32,000 nucleotides of DNA from Guillardia theta nucleomorph (GCA_000002975.1 AJ010592.2:1-32000); one strand, 5' to 3'. Shown: positions 16,152-26,696, counted from the stretch's first letter. Notes: generated by a model not told the origin, from the letters alone. Made by a program: numbers and translations.

Positions 16152-16925
16152 TTAGTTATAGTTGTCATGTTCAAGTGATTTCGTTAAGGTTCTTAAGCCT
16201 CTAAATCTAGGAAGAGAGATAAAAGATTTAGTACCCTTTCCGATCACAAACAAATTCTTTGTTTGGGTAGAAAATGAAGATCCATTGAAGTCTTTTAAAC
16301 ACACAATTGAGTCAGACCCTTGTCCTCCGATTGTGTTAATAAAGACTCCTATTCTTCCAATATTACTACCTTTTATCACTACACATAAAGAACCAATGGA
16401 GAATTTTATAAAATCAATAACCTTATTATTTAACAAGTCTAAAACAATTGAATCATTGGATTTAATCAATAAATTGGGAAACCGTATAGTTCTTCCATCA
16501 TGAGTTACAATATATGGTATTCCTTTAGAACCAATTGAAACCCGTATAACTTTGCATAATTTAAACATACTTTCTTTTATGGTAATCCTGTGTAGAAAAA
16601 AATGACCTACATTATCGTATAAAACTCTATAATTTTCTTTAGTAGTTTTTATAGAAATAACATCCATCACACCTGCTGGGAAATTCTTATCAGCTCTAAC
16701 TTTTCCATCTACATAAATTTCATTTTTTTTTAAAATATTTAAAGATTCTCTTTGATTGGTAGAGTATTTTAGCTTGTTTCTTATTACAATAACTAATGGG
16801 ATCGAGTTTTGTTTTTTGTGAGGTCCACTTGAAGATCTTGGGGCCCATATTCCCCCCAACTTATTTAAAAGCCACTTTTTTGGAGCGTTTAATCTTTTAT
16901 AATGTTTTTTGATTCCTCTACTCAT
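16152..16925 (-). CDS. rps4: 40S ribosomal protein S4 (eS4)
   Basis: MSRGIKKHYKRLNAPKKWLL, GPHK, VDGKVR, THDGRTIRFP, GSNIGRIG. Confidence 0.98.
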   Translation of the reverse strand: MSRGIKKHYKRLNAPKKWLLNKLGGIWAPRSSSGPHKKQNSIPLVIVIRNKLKYSTNQRESLNILKKNEIYVDGKVRADKNFPAGVMDVISIKTTKENYRVLYDNVGHFFLHRITIKESMFKLCKVIRVSIGSKGIPYIVTHDGRTIRFPNLLIKSNDSIVLDLLNNKVIDFIKFSIGSLCVVIKGSNIGRIGVFINTIGGQGSDSIVCLKDFNGSSFSTQTKNLFVIGKGTKSFISLPRFRGLRTLTKSLEHDNYN

Positions 16926-16992
16926 AACTACTTAAATTAACTAATTAATTTTAAATTTTAATATATATAAAATTTTAGTCTCATCATCTGTA

Positions 16993-18192
16993 ATGTATTT
17001 TATACAAAACATCAAATGTTATCAATTTGATAAAAAAAATATATTCAAAACAATTAATAAATTTAGGTGTAGATCACAGTCATTAATTAAATCAAATATA
17101 TCAGAAGATAGTTTTTTTAACCAAGAAATTTCAAGCTCCCCCTGTGTTATTAAAGTTATTGGTGTTGGAGGTGGTGGTGGAAATGCAGTTAATCGAATGG
17201 TAGGGGGTGTTGAAGGAGTTGAATTTTGGTCTATTAATACCGATGCTCAAGCACTTTCAAGATCATTAGCACCCAATACATGTAATATTGGTGCTAAATT
17301 GACTCGCGGTTTAGGAGCAGGTGGAAATCCTGAAATTGGCAGAAAAGCAGCAGAAGAAAGTAGAGACTTAATTGCTGAAGCCGTCTCTGCAGGTGATCTA
17401 GTTTTTGTGACAGCAGGAATGGGAGGAGGTACAGGATCAGGAGCTGCCCCGATAGTAGCTGAAGTTGCTAAAGAAATGGGTTGTTTAACTGTTGGAGTTG
17501 TAACCAAACCTTTTGCTTTTGAAGGTAAACGAAGAATGCAACAAGCAAATGACGCAATACTTAACTTGAGAAACAAAGTTGATACACTTATTGTTGTATC
17601 TAATGATAAATTATTACAGATAGTTCCAGATAATACGCCCCTTCAGGATGCATTTTCTGTTGCTGATGATATTCTAAGACAAGGAGTTGTAGGAATATCC
17701 GAGATTATTGTAAGACCAGGTTTAATTAATGTTGATTTTGCCGATGTAAGATCTGTCATGGCAGATGCGGGAAGCGCACTTATGGGTATAGGAACAGGAT
17801 CTGGAAAAACTCGAGCACAAGATGCAGCAGTTGCAGCTATAAGTTCTCCTTTACTTGATTTTCCAATCGAAAAAGCCAGAGGAATTGTATTTAATATCAC
17901 AGGTGGACAAGATATGACATTACATGAGATCAATTCTGCAGCAGAAGTAATTTATGAAGCAGTAGATTCTAATGCAAATATAATATTTGGAGCGCTTGTT
18001 GATGATAATATGGAAAATGAAATTTCAATTACAGTTGTGGCAACAGGTTTTACTCAACCCAATGACTCAAAATTTTTTTCAACAAAATCAGCAGTAGATT
18101 TCTCAAAAATTTATGATAATAAGAAAACAAAAAGCACATACAAAGAATCGAGAGCAGAATTTTCTGATTTATGGAAAAAATTTTATGACTAA
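16993..18192 (+). CDS. ftsZ: Plastid division protein FtsZ with N-terminal transit peptide
   Basis: [42 protein letters not shown]7 loop INVDFADV; ~50-aa presequence. Confidence 0.98.
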   Translation: MYFIQNIKCYQFDKKNIFKTINKFRCRSQSLIKSNISEDSFFNQEISSSPCVIKVIGVGGGGGNAVNRMVGGVEGVEFWSINTDAQALSRSLAPNTCNIGAKLTRGLGAGGNPEIGRKAAEESRDLIAEAVSAGDLVFVTAGMGGGTGSGAAPIVAEVAKEMGCLTVGVVTKPFAFEGKRRMQQANDAILNLRNKVDTLIVVSNDKLLQIVPDNTPLQDAFSVADDILRQGVVGISEIIVRPGLINVDFADVRSVMADAGSALMGIGTGSGKTRAQDAAVAAISSPLLDFPIEKARGIVFNITGGQDMTLHEINSAAEVIYEAVDSNANIIFGALVDDNMENEISITVVATGFTQPNDSKFFSTKSAVDFSKIYDNKKTKSTYKESRAEFSDLWKKFYD

Positions 18193-18206
18193 TACTTAAG
18201 CTATAA

Positions 18207-19001
18207 TTATTCTAAGAATGAAAAGTTTAAATTTAAATTTGCAATAAAAAATTTCATTTTCAAAAAAAATTGTTTTATTTCATTTAATGCATTTTTGTAA
18301 CTTTTAGTTTCGACAACTAATGAATAATTTGGAGATGAATTAATTCTAATTCTACCAGAATTTAGAGAATTGAATATTTTCAAATATTCATTTATTTTTT
18401 TAATTTTGTCCAATCCGTCAACTTCAAATGATAAAAACTGAAATTGAACTTCAATTTTCCAAATTTTTAGATGAATTCGAGTTTTTAAATAATTTAAGAT
18501 CCTAATATATTCATCTTTTTTGTAATCTAAACTTTTAAAAAAATTAGCGTCATTATTAAAAAGTTTCAGAAAACCGCTTGTAGGATGGTTAAATTTTCTA
18601 GATATTATCCATGATAATCTAATATTAAAATCTTCTATCGATAATTTTTTAATTCTTTTAAGGTCATTCAACAAACTTAGAAAAATTCTATTAAAATTAG
18701 ATTTATATGACATACTATTCATTTCATTTTGGGTAATTTGTTTTTTAGAAACATCAATATATCCTTTTTCTGGAAAAGTTCTTATTACTACTAATATTTC
18801 TTTATTACCTTCTTTGACAAATTTTTTTATAAATTTTATTTTTTTTCTTGATATTTCAGAAAATAATAACATTGATTCGATATTACCATACTCGTACAAT
18901 TCTACATAAGATCCAAATGATTTTATTTCTCTCACTAATCCTTGTACAATTTCTCCTACTGAAGGGACAATATTTTCATACAATCTTAAATAAAACTTCA
19001 T
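18207..19001 (-). CDS. eif2A: Translation initiation factor eIF2 alpha
   Basis: S1 domain GSYVELYEYGNIESMLLFSEISRKK (Ser51 loop) and KGYIDVSKK. Confidence 0.93.
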   Translation of the reverse strand: MKFYLRLYENIVPSVGEIVQGLVREIKSFGSYVELYEYGNIESMLLFSEISRKKIKFIKKFVKEGNKEILVVIRTFPEKGYIDVSKKQITQNEMNSMSYKSNFNRIFLSLLNDLKRIKKLSIEDFNIRLSWIISRKFNHPTSGFLKLFNNDANFFKSLDYKKDEYIRILNYLKTRIHLKIWKIEVQFQFLSFEVDGLDKIKKINEYLKIFNSLNSGRIRINSSPNYSLVVETKSYKNALNEIKQFFLKMKFFIANLNLNFSFLE

Positions 19002-19043
19002 TTCAATTTAAGAAACCTCAGATAATATTTATTTTTATATACA

Positions 19044-19757
19044 ATGACAATTTCAAATGAATTGCTCAAATTCGCACCCAGTGGTAGAATTTTTCAAATT
19101 GAATATGCAGTAAAGAAAAAAAAGGGTTCAATTTGTATTGGAATAAAAAATAATTCATTTTTAATATTTTTATTATATAAATCTCAAAATTCTTCATCTG
19201 AAAGTAATGAATCAGATATTATTTTTCTTGATGATAAAACAGGTTGTTTATGCAATGGATTGGCCATTGATGTTTATGAACAAATTGAAGAAATCAAAAA
19301 TATATTTTTTAATTACTATAGTCAATATAGATCAAAAATTCAAACAAGTTATCTTTCAAAATTAATTACATTCAAAAATCAATATTTAACACATTATTCT
19401 TTTTCGAGACCAAGAAGCACAAATCTGATTATATTCAATTTAGATAATGAATTAGGTGGACAATTATTTAAAGGAGATAATACAGGATCCTTTATTTTAA
19501 CAAATGAATGTTCAATAGGTTATAAAGATATAGAAATTGAATATCTCTTGAAAAAAAAAAAACCTGAAAGCTTTCAAAATATTGAAAAATCTGTAGAAAA
19601 GTTATTAGAAGTTTTAATCACCTCAATTAAAGATGAACTCGTTATAGAAAACATTAGAATTTTTTTTACATCAGGTGATAAAAATGTTAAAAAAATGGAA
19701 TCTGAAAAGATTAGAGATATATTTAGGAAGATTTATAAAAAAAATTTATCTTTTTAG
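19044..19757 (+). CDS. 20S proteasome alpha subunit (most like alpha1/PSMA6)
   Basis: FAPSGRIFQIEYA alpha signature; RP motif; GQLFKGDNTGSF. Confidence 0.9.
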   Translation: MTISNELLKFAPSGRIFQIEYAVKKKKGSICIGIKNNSFLIFLLYKSQNSSSESNESDIIFLDDKTGCLCNGLAIDVYEQIEEIKNIFFNYYSQYRSKIQTSYLSKLITFKNQYLTHYSFSRPRSTNLIIFNLDNELGGQLFKGDNTGSFILTNECSIGYKDIEIEYLLKKKKPESFQNIEKSVEKLLEVLITSIKDELVIENIRIFFTSGDKNVKKMESEKIRDIFRKIYKKNLSF

Positions 19758-19885
19758 CAGTATTACCTTTACATTAGAATCATTTTTTACAGATCATGTT
19801 TCATAACCAACTCACAAATCATATTCTATCAATACTGCGAAGAATCAATTGTTTAACATAATCGGTTTAACAAGTATTTAAAATT

Positions 19886-21394
19886 ATGGATGAAACATTT
19901 AACCTCATTACAACTGTATCAAGAATATTAAGAACATCATATGGTCCCCGATCATTATTAAAAATGATCTTGGATAAAAACGGAAACATTATTTTGAGTC
20001 ATAATGGTAATTCGATATTAAGAGAAATAAATTCAGACCATCCGTTTTTAAAAATACTTTTGGAACTGTCATCAAATCAAGAATTTGAATGTGGGGATGG
20101 AACGAAAGAAGTTTTGATTTTAACCTCAGAAGTAATATCAAATTGCCAAATATTGATCAAAAAGACAATACCTACTTGGAAAATAATCAATTCATTAAAT
20201 GAATTATTCAACAATTCGATATCTTTGCTAAGTCATGAATTAAGTATAAATTTAAATTTGATAAATTCAAAATTGTTAAATAAAATAATTCGATCGAGCA
20301 TTTCTACAAAACTTTCAAAAAAATATTCTAAATTAATAACTTTTTTATCAATTAAATCTTTCCCTTTTCAAATTAGGAAGAGAGATATTTCTAACTATTT
20401 CAATTTTATTAAAATCGAAAAATTTTATTATGGACAAATCGAAAATTCTGAAGTTTTTGATGGACTGATAATCTGTAAAAATATCTGTCATTCTAAAATG
20501 AGAAGGAGAATTATTAATCCGAAGATAATTTTACTAGATTGTCCTATTGATATAAAAAAAACAAATAATGTTTCAGATATTGAAATTACAAATTCTCAAA
20601 ATTTTGAGAAAATAGTTGAATCAGAACAGGATTACATAATTTATTTATGTAAAATATTAGTAAATTTCAAGCCAGATGTTATTATTTCAGAAAAAAATAT
20701 TAATGATATCGCAATACATTATTTTTTTAAACACAATATTTCTACATTACAAAGAATAAAAAAAACTGATATTTCTAGACTATCAATTTTATGTGGAGCA
20801 AGAGTAGTTTCCAGTATTGAAAATATTGAGTTTTCTGATATTGGAATAATCAACACGTTTTATATAAATAAAATTGGAGATGAGTATTATTCAAATTTCA
20901 AAAATGATGAATCTAGCATATTTAGAACACTAATAATCTACGGTCCCTCAAGAGAATCTGTTGATGAGTTGGAGTCTAATATAAAAAAATCTCATTGTAT
21001 CCTAAAATCAATTCTTACAGAAGCAAAATTTACAAGTGGTGGAGGATCAATTGAAATGTATCTGTCAACCTCATATTCAAAAAATAAAAATATTGTCAAC
21101 AAGAATGATTTGGTTATAAAATACTTAGCTTCTTCTTTTCAAATAATTCCAAAAATTTTAATTCAGAACTCTGGAGTTGATGTAAACTCCATTTTTTCTA
21201 AATTAAGTGTTCTGCATAAATATGGAAAATATTACTATGGAGTTGATGGCATTCAAGGTTTGGTTGTTGATACTAGAAAGCTTGGTCTAATTGGACCGTT
21301 ATTAGTAAAAACACAAGTAATCAAATTAGTGTTCGAATTAACAATGATGTATATTAAAATTGATAATATCCTCAATTTTAAAAGCTTTAATTAG
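19886..21394 (+). CDS. tcpG: Chaperonin CCT/TRiC gamma subunit (CCT3)
   Basis: RTSYGPRSLLKMILD, GDGT, and the gamma-typical HSKMRRRIINPKIILLDCP; GGGSIEM. Confidence 0.92.
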   Translation: MDETFNLITTVSRILRTSYGPRSLLKMILDKNGNIILSHNGNSILREINSDHPFLKILLELSSNQEFECGDGTKEVLILTSEVISNCQILIKKTIPTWKIINSLNELFNNSISLLSHELSINLNLINSKLLNKIIRSSISTKLSKKYSKLITFLSIKSFPFQIRKRDISNYFNFIKIEKFYYGQIENSEVFDGLIICKNICHSKMRRRIINPKIILLDCPIDIKKTNNVSDIEITNSQNFEKIVESEQDYIIYLCKILVNFKPDVIISEKNINDIAIHYFFKHNISTLQRIKKTDISRLSILCGARVVSSIENIEFSDIGIINTFYINKIGDEYYSNFKNDESSIFRTLIIYGPSRESVDELESNIKKSHCILKSILTEAKFTSGGGSIEMYLSTSYSKNKNIVNKNDLVIKYLASSFQIIPKILIQNSGVDVNSIFSKLSVLHKYGKYYYGVDGIQGLVVDTRKLGLIGPLLVKTQVIKLVFELTMMYIKIDNILNFKSFN

Positions 21395-21420
21395 AATTAT
21401 TTTAAATAATATAAATATAT

Positions 21421-21807
21421 ATGACTTTTTGGCATTTTAATGTTTCTACAGTAGGAATAGAACTTAATGAAACATTACATGAATTATTAATTGCAAATGT
21501 GATAAACCAGGATATTTTAAATATAATCAAAATGGAATTTCAAGTAGCTTTTTTGAGCTCACTTAAAAAAAAAATTAAAGATAAACCGATTTTAAAAGGA
21601 AAGCTTTTACATTATCAAAATTGTGATAATGTGTGGATGTTCTTTGTAACAAACCCAGAAATTAAAAATAATAATTATAGCCTCCCTATTAATTTAAAAA
21701 AACCATTAAAGATAGTGGCATATGACAATAAGAATACTAAAAACCTAAAAAGAGGAAAAAATGATTTTCTAAAAAAAAAATTAAAAAAAAATCTTCTTTC
21801 GAAATAA
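21421..21807 (+). CDS. TFIIA small (gamma) subunit
   Basis: STVGIELNETLHEL and KGKLLHYQNCDNVWMF match the TOA2 pattern STIG..L..L..L and KG.L.TY.FCD.VWTF. Confidence 0.9.
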   Translation: MTFWHFNVSTVGIELNETLHELLIANVINQDILNIIKMEFQVAFLSSLKKKIKDKPILKGKLLHYQNCDNVWMFFVTNPEIKNNNYSLPINLKKPLKIVAYDNKNTKNLKRGKNDFLKKKLKKNLLSK

Positions 21808-21866
21808 TTTTGTATTAAAAATTTAAACAATATTAAGTTAAATAATATTTTAAAATTAATTTGGAA

Positions 21867-23507
21867 ATGAATAATGAATATAATTTAATTGATTCATTTA
21901 TTTTTTCCGAGAAAGATGAAATATTTTCAAATGAAAAAGGAATATACATTTTTTTTTTGAAGAAAAATTTAGTTTTTATTAGCCAGAATTTCGTAAGCGT
22001 TTCTATAAATAAAAATAATTCATTCAAATTATCGAATTTAAAATTCCAAACAAGAACTTTTTTCAAATTACAAAGAAAATTTGGACTCTTATCAAAAATA
22101 CTGTATTCAAAAGAAAAATCCAAAGAGGTTAATATAGGGGTTTATTTTTTAAATGATCAATATTTTGAATTTTCATATTCATTAAATAGAGGAAATGAAT
22201 TTTTTTTGGTAAAAATCACTAGATCAATAGAAAAATCAATTACAAATACTTTTTCATACGATAATACGATAATATCAGGAAACTCTTGGGGTCATTCATT
22301 TAGTATCTATTTAAAAAAAATATACCCTTATTTATATTTTTATGAAATAAGAATTTTAAAAAACATTAAAAATTATAAATTACAGTATTACAATTTCTTT
22401 TTACTCTTTTTGAATACAACAAAAAAATTAGTTTATTTTTTTATTAATTCTAAAAAAAATTTATTTTACAACGATAAAAATGTATTAAATTATTATTTAG
22501 AAACAAATAATTCTTACTTTAACTATTACGATGAAGTATTGAAAAAAAACATACTATCATTAATTTATTCAAATGGGACGACATTATTTCTTATTAACAT
22601 AAAATTAAATAATGATCAAAGAAATTATATTATTAATTTGTCAAAAATTTCTAATTTAAAATTTCGCTTAATAACAAATGTAAAGTTCATTAAAAATAGT
22701 TATACTACAGTAATAATCATATTTTTTAAAGATTCTCGTTTTATGATCTGTAATAAAATATTAATAGCGACTAATCATTTCAGATTAAAAAATTCAAATT
22801 TAAGATATATATTAAGATACAAAGCTAATTTTTTTATTGGTATATTTAATAAAGTTTTATCTAAAAAAAAAAATAACAAGGACCTCATGAAAAAATGTTT
22901 TTTAAGAATTTTTTATTTTAGCATTAAATATTTTAGGTTTGATTATTTTCTTAATGATTTATTATTTAAAAATGACAAATTTTCAAATAGTATACTTTAT
23001 GATTATATATCATATATTAACCAGACGGAAAATAATAAACATAATCTGTATTTATTTGATTTAATAATTATTCAAATAATAGGAATATTGTTAAAATTAT
23101 CAAAAAGTATCAAATTTGGAATTTTCGGTAAGTTAAATATATTTGATACCAGCAATTATTTTCATTATTTTATTATAAAGATAAAAATATTGTTATTTTT
23201 CATCAAGTCAAATTCTAGATTTATGAGATTGACTGAAATTTATCAGGACCTAGATGATATTGATAGAAACTTATTTATACTTAATTGTAAATTTTGTAGC
23301 AGGTTTTGGATATCAATAAATTTTAATAAAAAAACATGCCCTTTTTCACACAGATGTTTAAACTCAAATAACAAACAAATAAAAAAATTTGATTATTTTT
23401 ACATTAAGAATGAGGTAATTAATTCTGAAAATAACTGTTTTTTATTTTCTAATATAATACGAAAGTTTGTTTTTATAAATAAAAATATATTATCATACGT
23501 ATTCTGA
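21867..23507 (+). CDS. Orphan protein (~546 aa) with C-terminal Cys/His cluster
   Basis: 1.6 kb stop-free in very AT-rich DNA; first ATG at 21867; overlaps the convergent ORF by 15 nt. Confidence 0.8.
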   Translation: MNNEYNLIDSFIFSEKDEIFSNEKGIYIFFLKKNLVFISQNFVSVSINKNNSFKLSNLKFQTRTFFKLQRKFGLLSKILYSKEKSKEVNIGVYFLNDQYFEFSYSLNRGNEFFLVKITRSIEKSITNTFSYDNTIISGNSWGHSFSIYLKKIYPYLYFYEIRILKNIKNYKLQYYNFFLLFLNTTKKLVYFFINSKKNLFYNDKNVLNYYLETNNSYFNYYDEVLKKNILSLIYSNGTTLFLINIKLNNDQRNYIINLSKISNLKFRLITNVKFIKNSYTTVIIIFFKDSRFMICNKILIATNHFRLKNSNLRYILRYKANFFIGIFNKVLSKKKNNKDLMKKCFLRIFYFSIKYFRFDYFLNDLLFKNDKFSNSILYDYISYINQTENNKHNLYLFDLIIIQIIGILLKLSKSIKFGIFGKLNIFDTSNYFHYFIIKIKILLFFIKSNSRFMRLTEIYQDLDDIDRNLFILNCKFCSRFWISINFNKKTCPFSHRCLNSNNKQIKKFDYFYIKNEVINSENNCFLFSNIIRKFVFINKNILSYVF

Positions 23508-24752
23508 TGAATATTTATTTCTAAACTTTTGATTTTGGTGATTTTTAATTTTCAAAATGTTAATTGAATTAAAAAAAGTTAGATATTCTTCAACATTTTT
23601 TGTTAAAAAATAAATCAGATGATTTAAAAATTCGTTTGATCTATATTTCTTTGGTAATGTTTGATCATATCTTATTTTTTTAAATATCCATATTGTATTT
23701 AATAATTTTATATTTATTTTCTGTTTTTTAAAAACAAGATATTTACGATAGAAATTTTTAATTTCATAAATTAAATAATATTCACCAATGTTCTCGGAAT
23801 GGGCTATCACGTTATTCAAATTTATTTCATTGAATAAACAAGTATAATTTGTTTGATTTAATGTTTTTTGCTGTTGATTTCTACAAAAAATAAAACTTTT
23901 AATTGAAAATCTTTCAAAGACATAAATTTGACAAAATAAATTTATCACATTAGAAATTTTCTTTTTAAAATTTTCTGAATAATGAGAGTGTCTAAAAAAA
24001 TTGAAATACAACATTAAAATCAAACTTCCAAACGGATAAAAGTTTTTGATTGAGTTATACAATAAATTACAAGACAGAATACAAACATGGGTGTCAATAA
24101 ATTTTAAATTTATGTCATTTTGTAATAAAACACCTTCAAATGAATATTTTTTTAATTTCTTAGACAAAAAGATATTTTTGAATATCAAATTAAATGATGA
24201 TATGATATTACTATGATTTAAAATTTTACCTAGAAAAGTAACTGATTGATAATCATATATCATATATCTATCCATAAATAAAACAAAATTAGGTTTAAAA
24301 TTTACCAGAAATCGTTCAAATGAATGCGAAAAAAGTGTTATAAATTTTGATTTATGCATAAATAAATCAAAATTATGTTCTAAATTTTTTAAATTAATGA
24401 AAGTGTTTTTTTCTTTAAAAAATTTCAAGTCTATATTATAAAATATCTTTCGAAAGTTATAAATATTATTCCAAAAGTCCGGAATTATGTAAAGATTCAA
24501 ATGCCCGTTTTTGAAATCTAAAGTCGTGAACAATAAATTTAATGAGAGAATATGTTCCCTTAAAAAGAAAAACTTATGAAATGAGCTTTCAATTTTTGAA
24601 ATAAAATCTACATTTATCTTATTGAAATAAAATGATGGAAATTTTCTAAGTTTTTCAATTTTAAAGTTTTTAGTGTCATAAAATATAATAGAACTTTGTG
24701 TTTTATGTCTATACTTGTAATTATTCAAAATCAATTTTGAATAAAAAATCAT
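23493..24752 (-). CDS. Orphan protein (~419 aa from first ATG; frame open up to 24857)
   Basis: Long stop-free frame with F/I/N/K/Y-rich composition typical of nucleomorph orphans. Confidence 0.78.
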   Translation of the reverse strand: MIFYSKLILNNYKYRHKTQSSIIFYDTKNFKIEKLRKFPSFYFNKINVDFISKIESSFHKFFFLREHILSLNLLFTTLDFKNGHLNLYIIPDFWNNIYNFRKIFYNIDLKFFKEKNTFINLKNLEHNFDLFMHKSKFITLFSHSFERFLVNFKPNFVLFMDRYMIYDYQSVTFLGKILNHSNIISSFNLIFKNIFLSKKLKKYSFEGVLLQNDINLKFIDTHVCILSCNLLYNSIKNFYPFGSLILMLYFNFFRHSHYSENFKKKISNVINLFCQIYVFERFSIKSFIFCRNQQQKTLNQTNYTCLFNEINLNNVIAHSENIGEYYLIYEIKNFYRKYLVFKKQKINIKLLNTIWIFKKIRYDQTLPKKYRSNEFLNHLIYFLTKNVEEYLTFFNSINILKIKNHQNQKFRNKYSSEYV

Positions 24753-25087
24753 ATAAGAATGTAAACAATAATCTATACTATTATATCCACAGTTATACAA
24801 ATTAAATTTAAATAAATCAATAAGATGACAATTAATATATGAAAAAAATTTAATTGTCTATAAATTTATCTTAGTGATTATTATTGATTTTAAATCTGTT
24901 AAAATTAGGAATAATTTGACTAATTTTATATAAAATGTGAAATATATTTTTTAATTTTTCATTAAATTCTAATTTTTTTATCTAAATAAAGTGATTTTGA
25001 TTATGTATTACAAAATTAAAATTTATTGAAAAATTCATATCTATTGGAATATTCTATAAAATAACAATTCAACTCAATCTAAATTTC

Positions 25088-25930
25088 TTAATTTAAATTA
25101 ACAATTTTCAGTAAAAATTCATTTTCTTTTTTTTTTCTGTAAATAAAATGAATGTTTCCTATTGATAAAGTTTTATTAATCATGTATTTTATATTTTGTG
25201 TATAATATAAATTTATGTCAAAATCGAAAGGTTTATTACCAAAATTAGCTTCAATGGACTCATCGAAACTCCTTAGTCCGATAATTGGGTATACATTAGT
25301 GATATCTGTAAAAACTTTAAATACATCGATATATTCCAATGGAATAGAATTTTTTGTGAAAAATATTGAATTATTAAATTTATTCCAACATACACCTATT
25401 ATGTCACCATAACCATACTTTGGGCCATATTTTTTACCTATTCCCGAATCAATAAATAAATTTCCATCGTCACCATGGTATCCTAAAGATTTTTTCTCCC
25501 AACCAGGGAGTCGATCCAGTTCTATTTCTCCTATGGAAAAACCTATTCCAATGAATCCTTCTCTACCTTTGTTAATTATTTTTACTTCAAAGTAAAAGAT
25601 TAAAGAATTTTTATTTATAGGATAGTTTGATCTAATAGAAGCTGCATCTTCATCTGTTTTCCCGTAGCCTTTATAAGTCACCTTTGATCCGTTATTGGAA
25701 ACTTCCAAATCTCCCCAATCAATTCTTTTCTTTTTTTCAACCCATTTCCATCTTTCTTTTAATGACCAAATTGCTGGTATATTGTATAAAAATGAATAAA
25801 TTCCAATTGGAATTTTAAAATTTGATAAAATTTTTATATTTCTAAACACAACTATTTTATTATCCATTTTATGTGATTTAAATTTTATTTTTTTCCGGTA
25901 ATAACGTTGTATTTCAAACGTAATCAACAT
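25088..25930 (-). CDS. ranbpm: RanBPM/RanBP9-like SPRY-domain protein
   Basis: DAASIRSNYPI, FYFEVKII, IGIG, RLPGWE, GYHGDDG, YGPKY..GDIIG, FFTKN, ANFG..PF.FDI. Confidence 0.93.
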   Translation of the reverse strand: MLITFEIQRYYRKKIKFKSHKMDNKIVVFRNIKILSNFKIPIGIYSFLYNIPAIWSLKERWKWVEKKKRIDWGDLEVSNNGSKVTYKGYGKTDEDAASIRSNYPINKNSLIFYFEVKIINKGREGFIGIGFSIGEIELDRLPGWEKKSLGYHGDDGNLFIDSGIGKKYGPKYGYGDIIGVCWNKFNNSIFFTKNSIPLEYIDVFKVFTDITNVYPIIGLRSFDESIEANFGNKPFDFDINLYYTQNIKYMINKTLSIGNIHFIYRKKKENEFLLKIVNLN

Positions 25931-25989
25931 TTTACAATTTAAATTATGAAAACGTGTATAGTTTCATACTCATTTTAATAAATTATTAA

Positions 25990-26696
25990 ATGGTAAGTTT
26001 ACATAGTATTAACATTATTTTAAAAAACTAACATTTTAGTCAATAAATAAAAACAAGAATTTATCTTCAATTAAGAATAAAAAAAATCAAGATGTCAATT
26101 CAAGGCAAGAATTAATAAAAGTATATGCTCCAGATATATTTGATAGTAAGCTTATTGGTAAAACTTTGATTAAAAAAAGAAATCCTGCAGATGAAAATTC
26201 TTCCGTAGATAATAAGATTTATCAAGTTTCACTCGCTGATATATTAGGAAAAGAAGAATTTTCATCGATTAATTTTAATTTTAAATCTTTGAAAATTTTT
26301 AATAACGAATGCTTTACAAAATTTCATGGATTAACTCTGACAAGAGATAAAATTTGTTCTTTAATAAAAAAATGGCATACTTTAATAGAAGTTGAAGTTA
26401 ATTTTAAAACTAAAGATGGTTATTTTTTGAAATTATTTTTAATAGCTCAAAGTAAAAAACCTAAAAATATGAAATCAAAAACAGTATATATAAATTCTTC
26501 ACAAAAAAGAGCTTTAAGGAGAAGAATAACTGATATTATCATCAAAGAAGGAATAAACATGGATATTAAAGATTTCATACATCGAATTTATTCTTTAAAA
26601 ATTTATGAAAAAATTGAAATTAATTGCAGCAAAATTTTCCCCATTCATCAAGTTAATATCAGAAAAATAAAAGTGGTTGAAAATTCAACATTATAA
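25990..26696 (+). CDS. rps3a: 40S ribosomal protein S3a (eS1); exons 25990-25992 and 26040-26696, 219 aa
   Basis: Spliced product MSINKNKNLS...APDIF...IGKTLI...VSLAD...TKFHGLTLTRDK..SLIKKWHTLIE...KIFPI...IRKIKV. Confidence 0.93.
25993..26039 (+). other. Spliceosomal intron in rps3a, 47 nt
   Basis: ATG|GTAAGT...AACTAACATTTTAG; splicing restores the frame and an eS1-like N-terminus. Confidence 0.92.

Noticed and set aside
18830-18870. Altered eIF2alpha Ser51 loop (SEISRKKIKF)
   Set aside because: The Ser is retained, and R-to-K changes are explained by AT bias.
19762-19800. Weak resemblance to U3 box A or U5 loop 1
   Set aside because: No GGAUCA match to the 18S 5' end, no GCCUUUUAC, and too little room for the other boxes.
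19796-19885. Upstream in-frame ATG for CCT-gamma
   Set aside because: Two in-frame stops, no GT-AG intron with a canonical donor, and no homology.
24858-24920. Possible intron joining upstream sequence to the 419-aa orphan
   Set aside because: Donor GTCAAA and 63-nt length do not fit the three clear introns.
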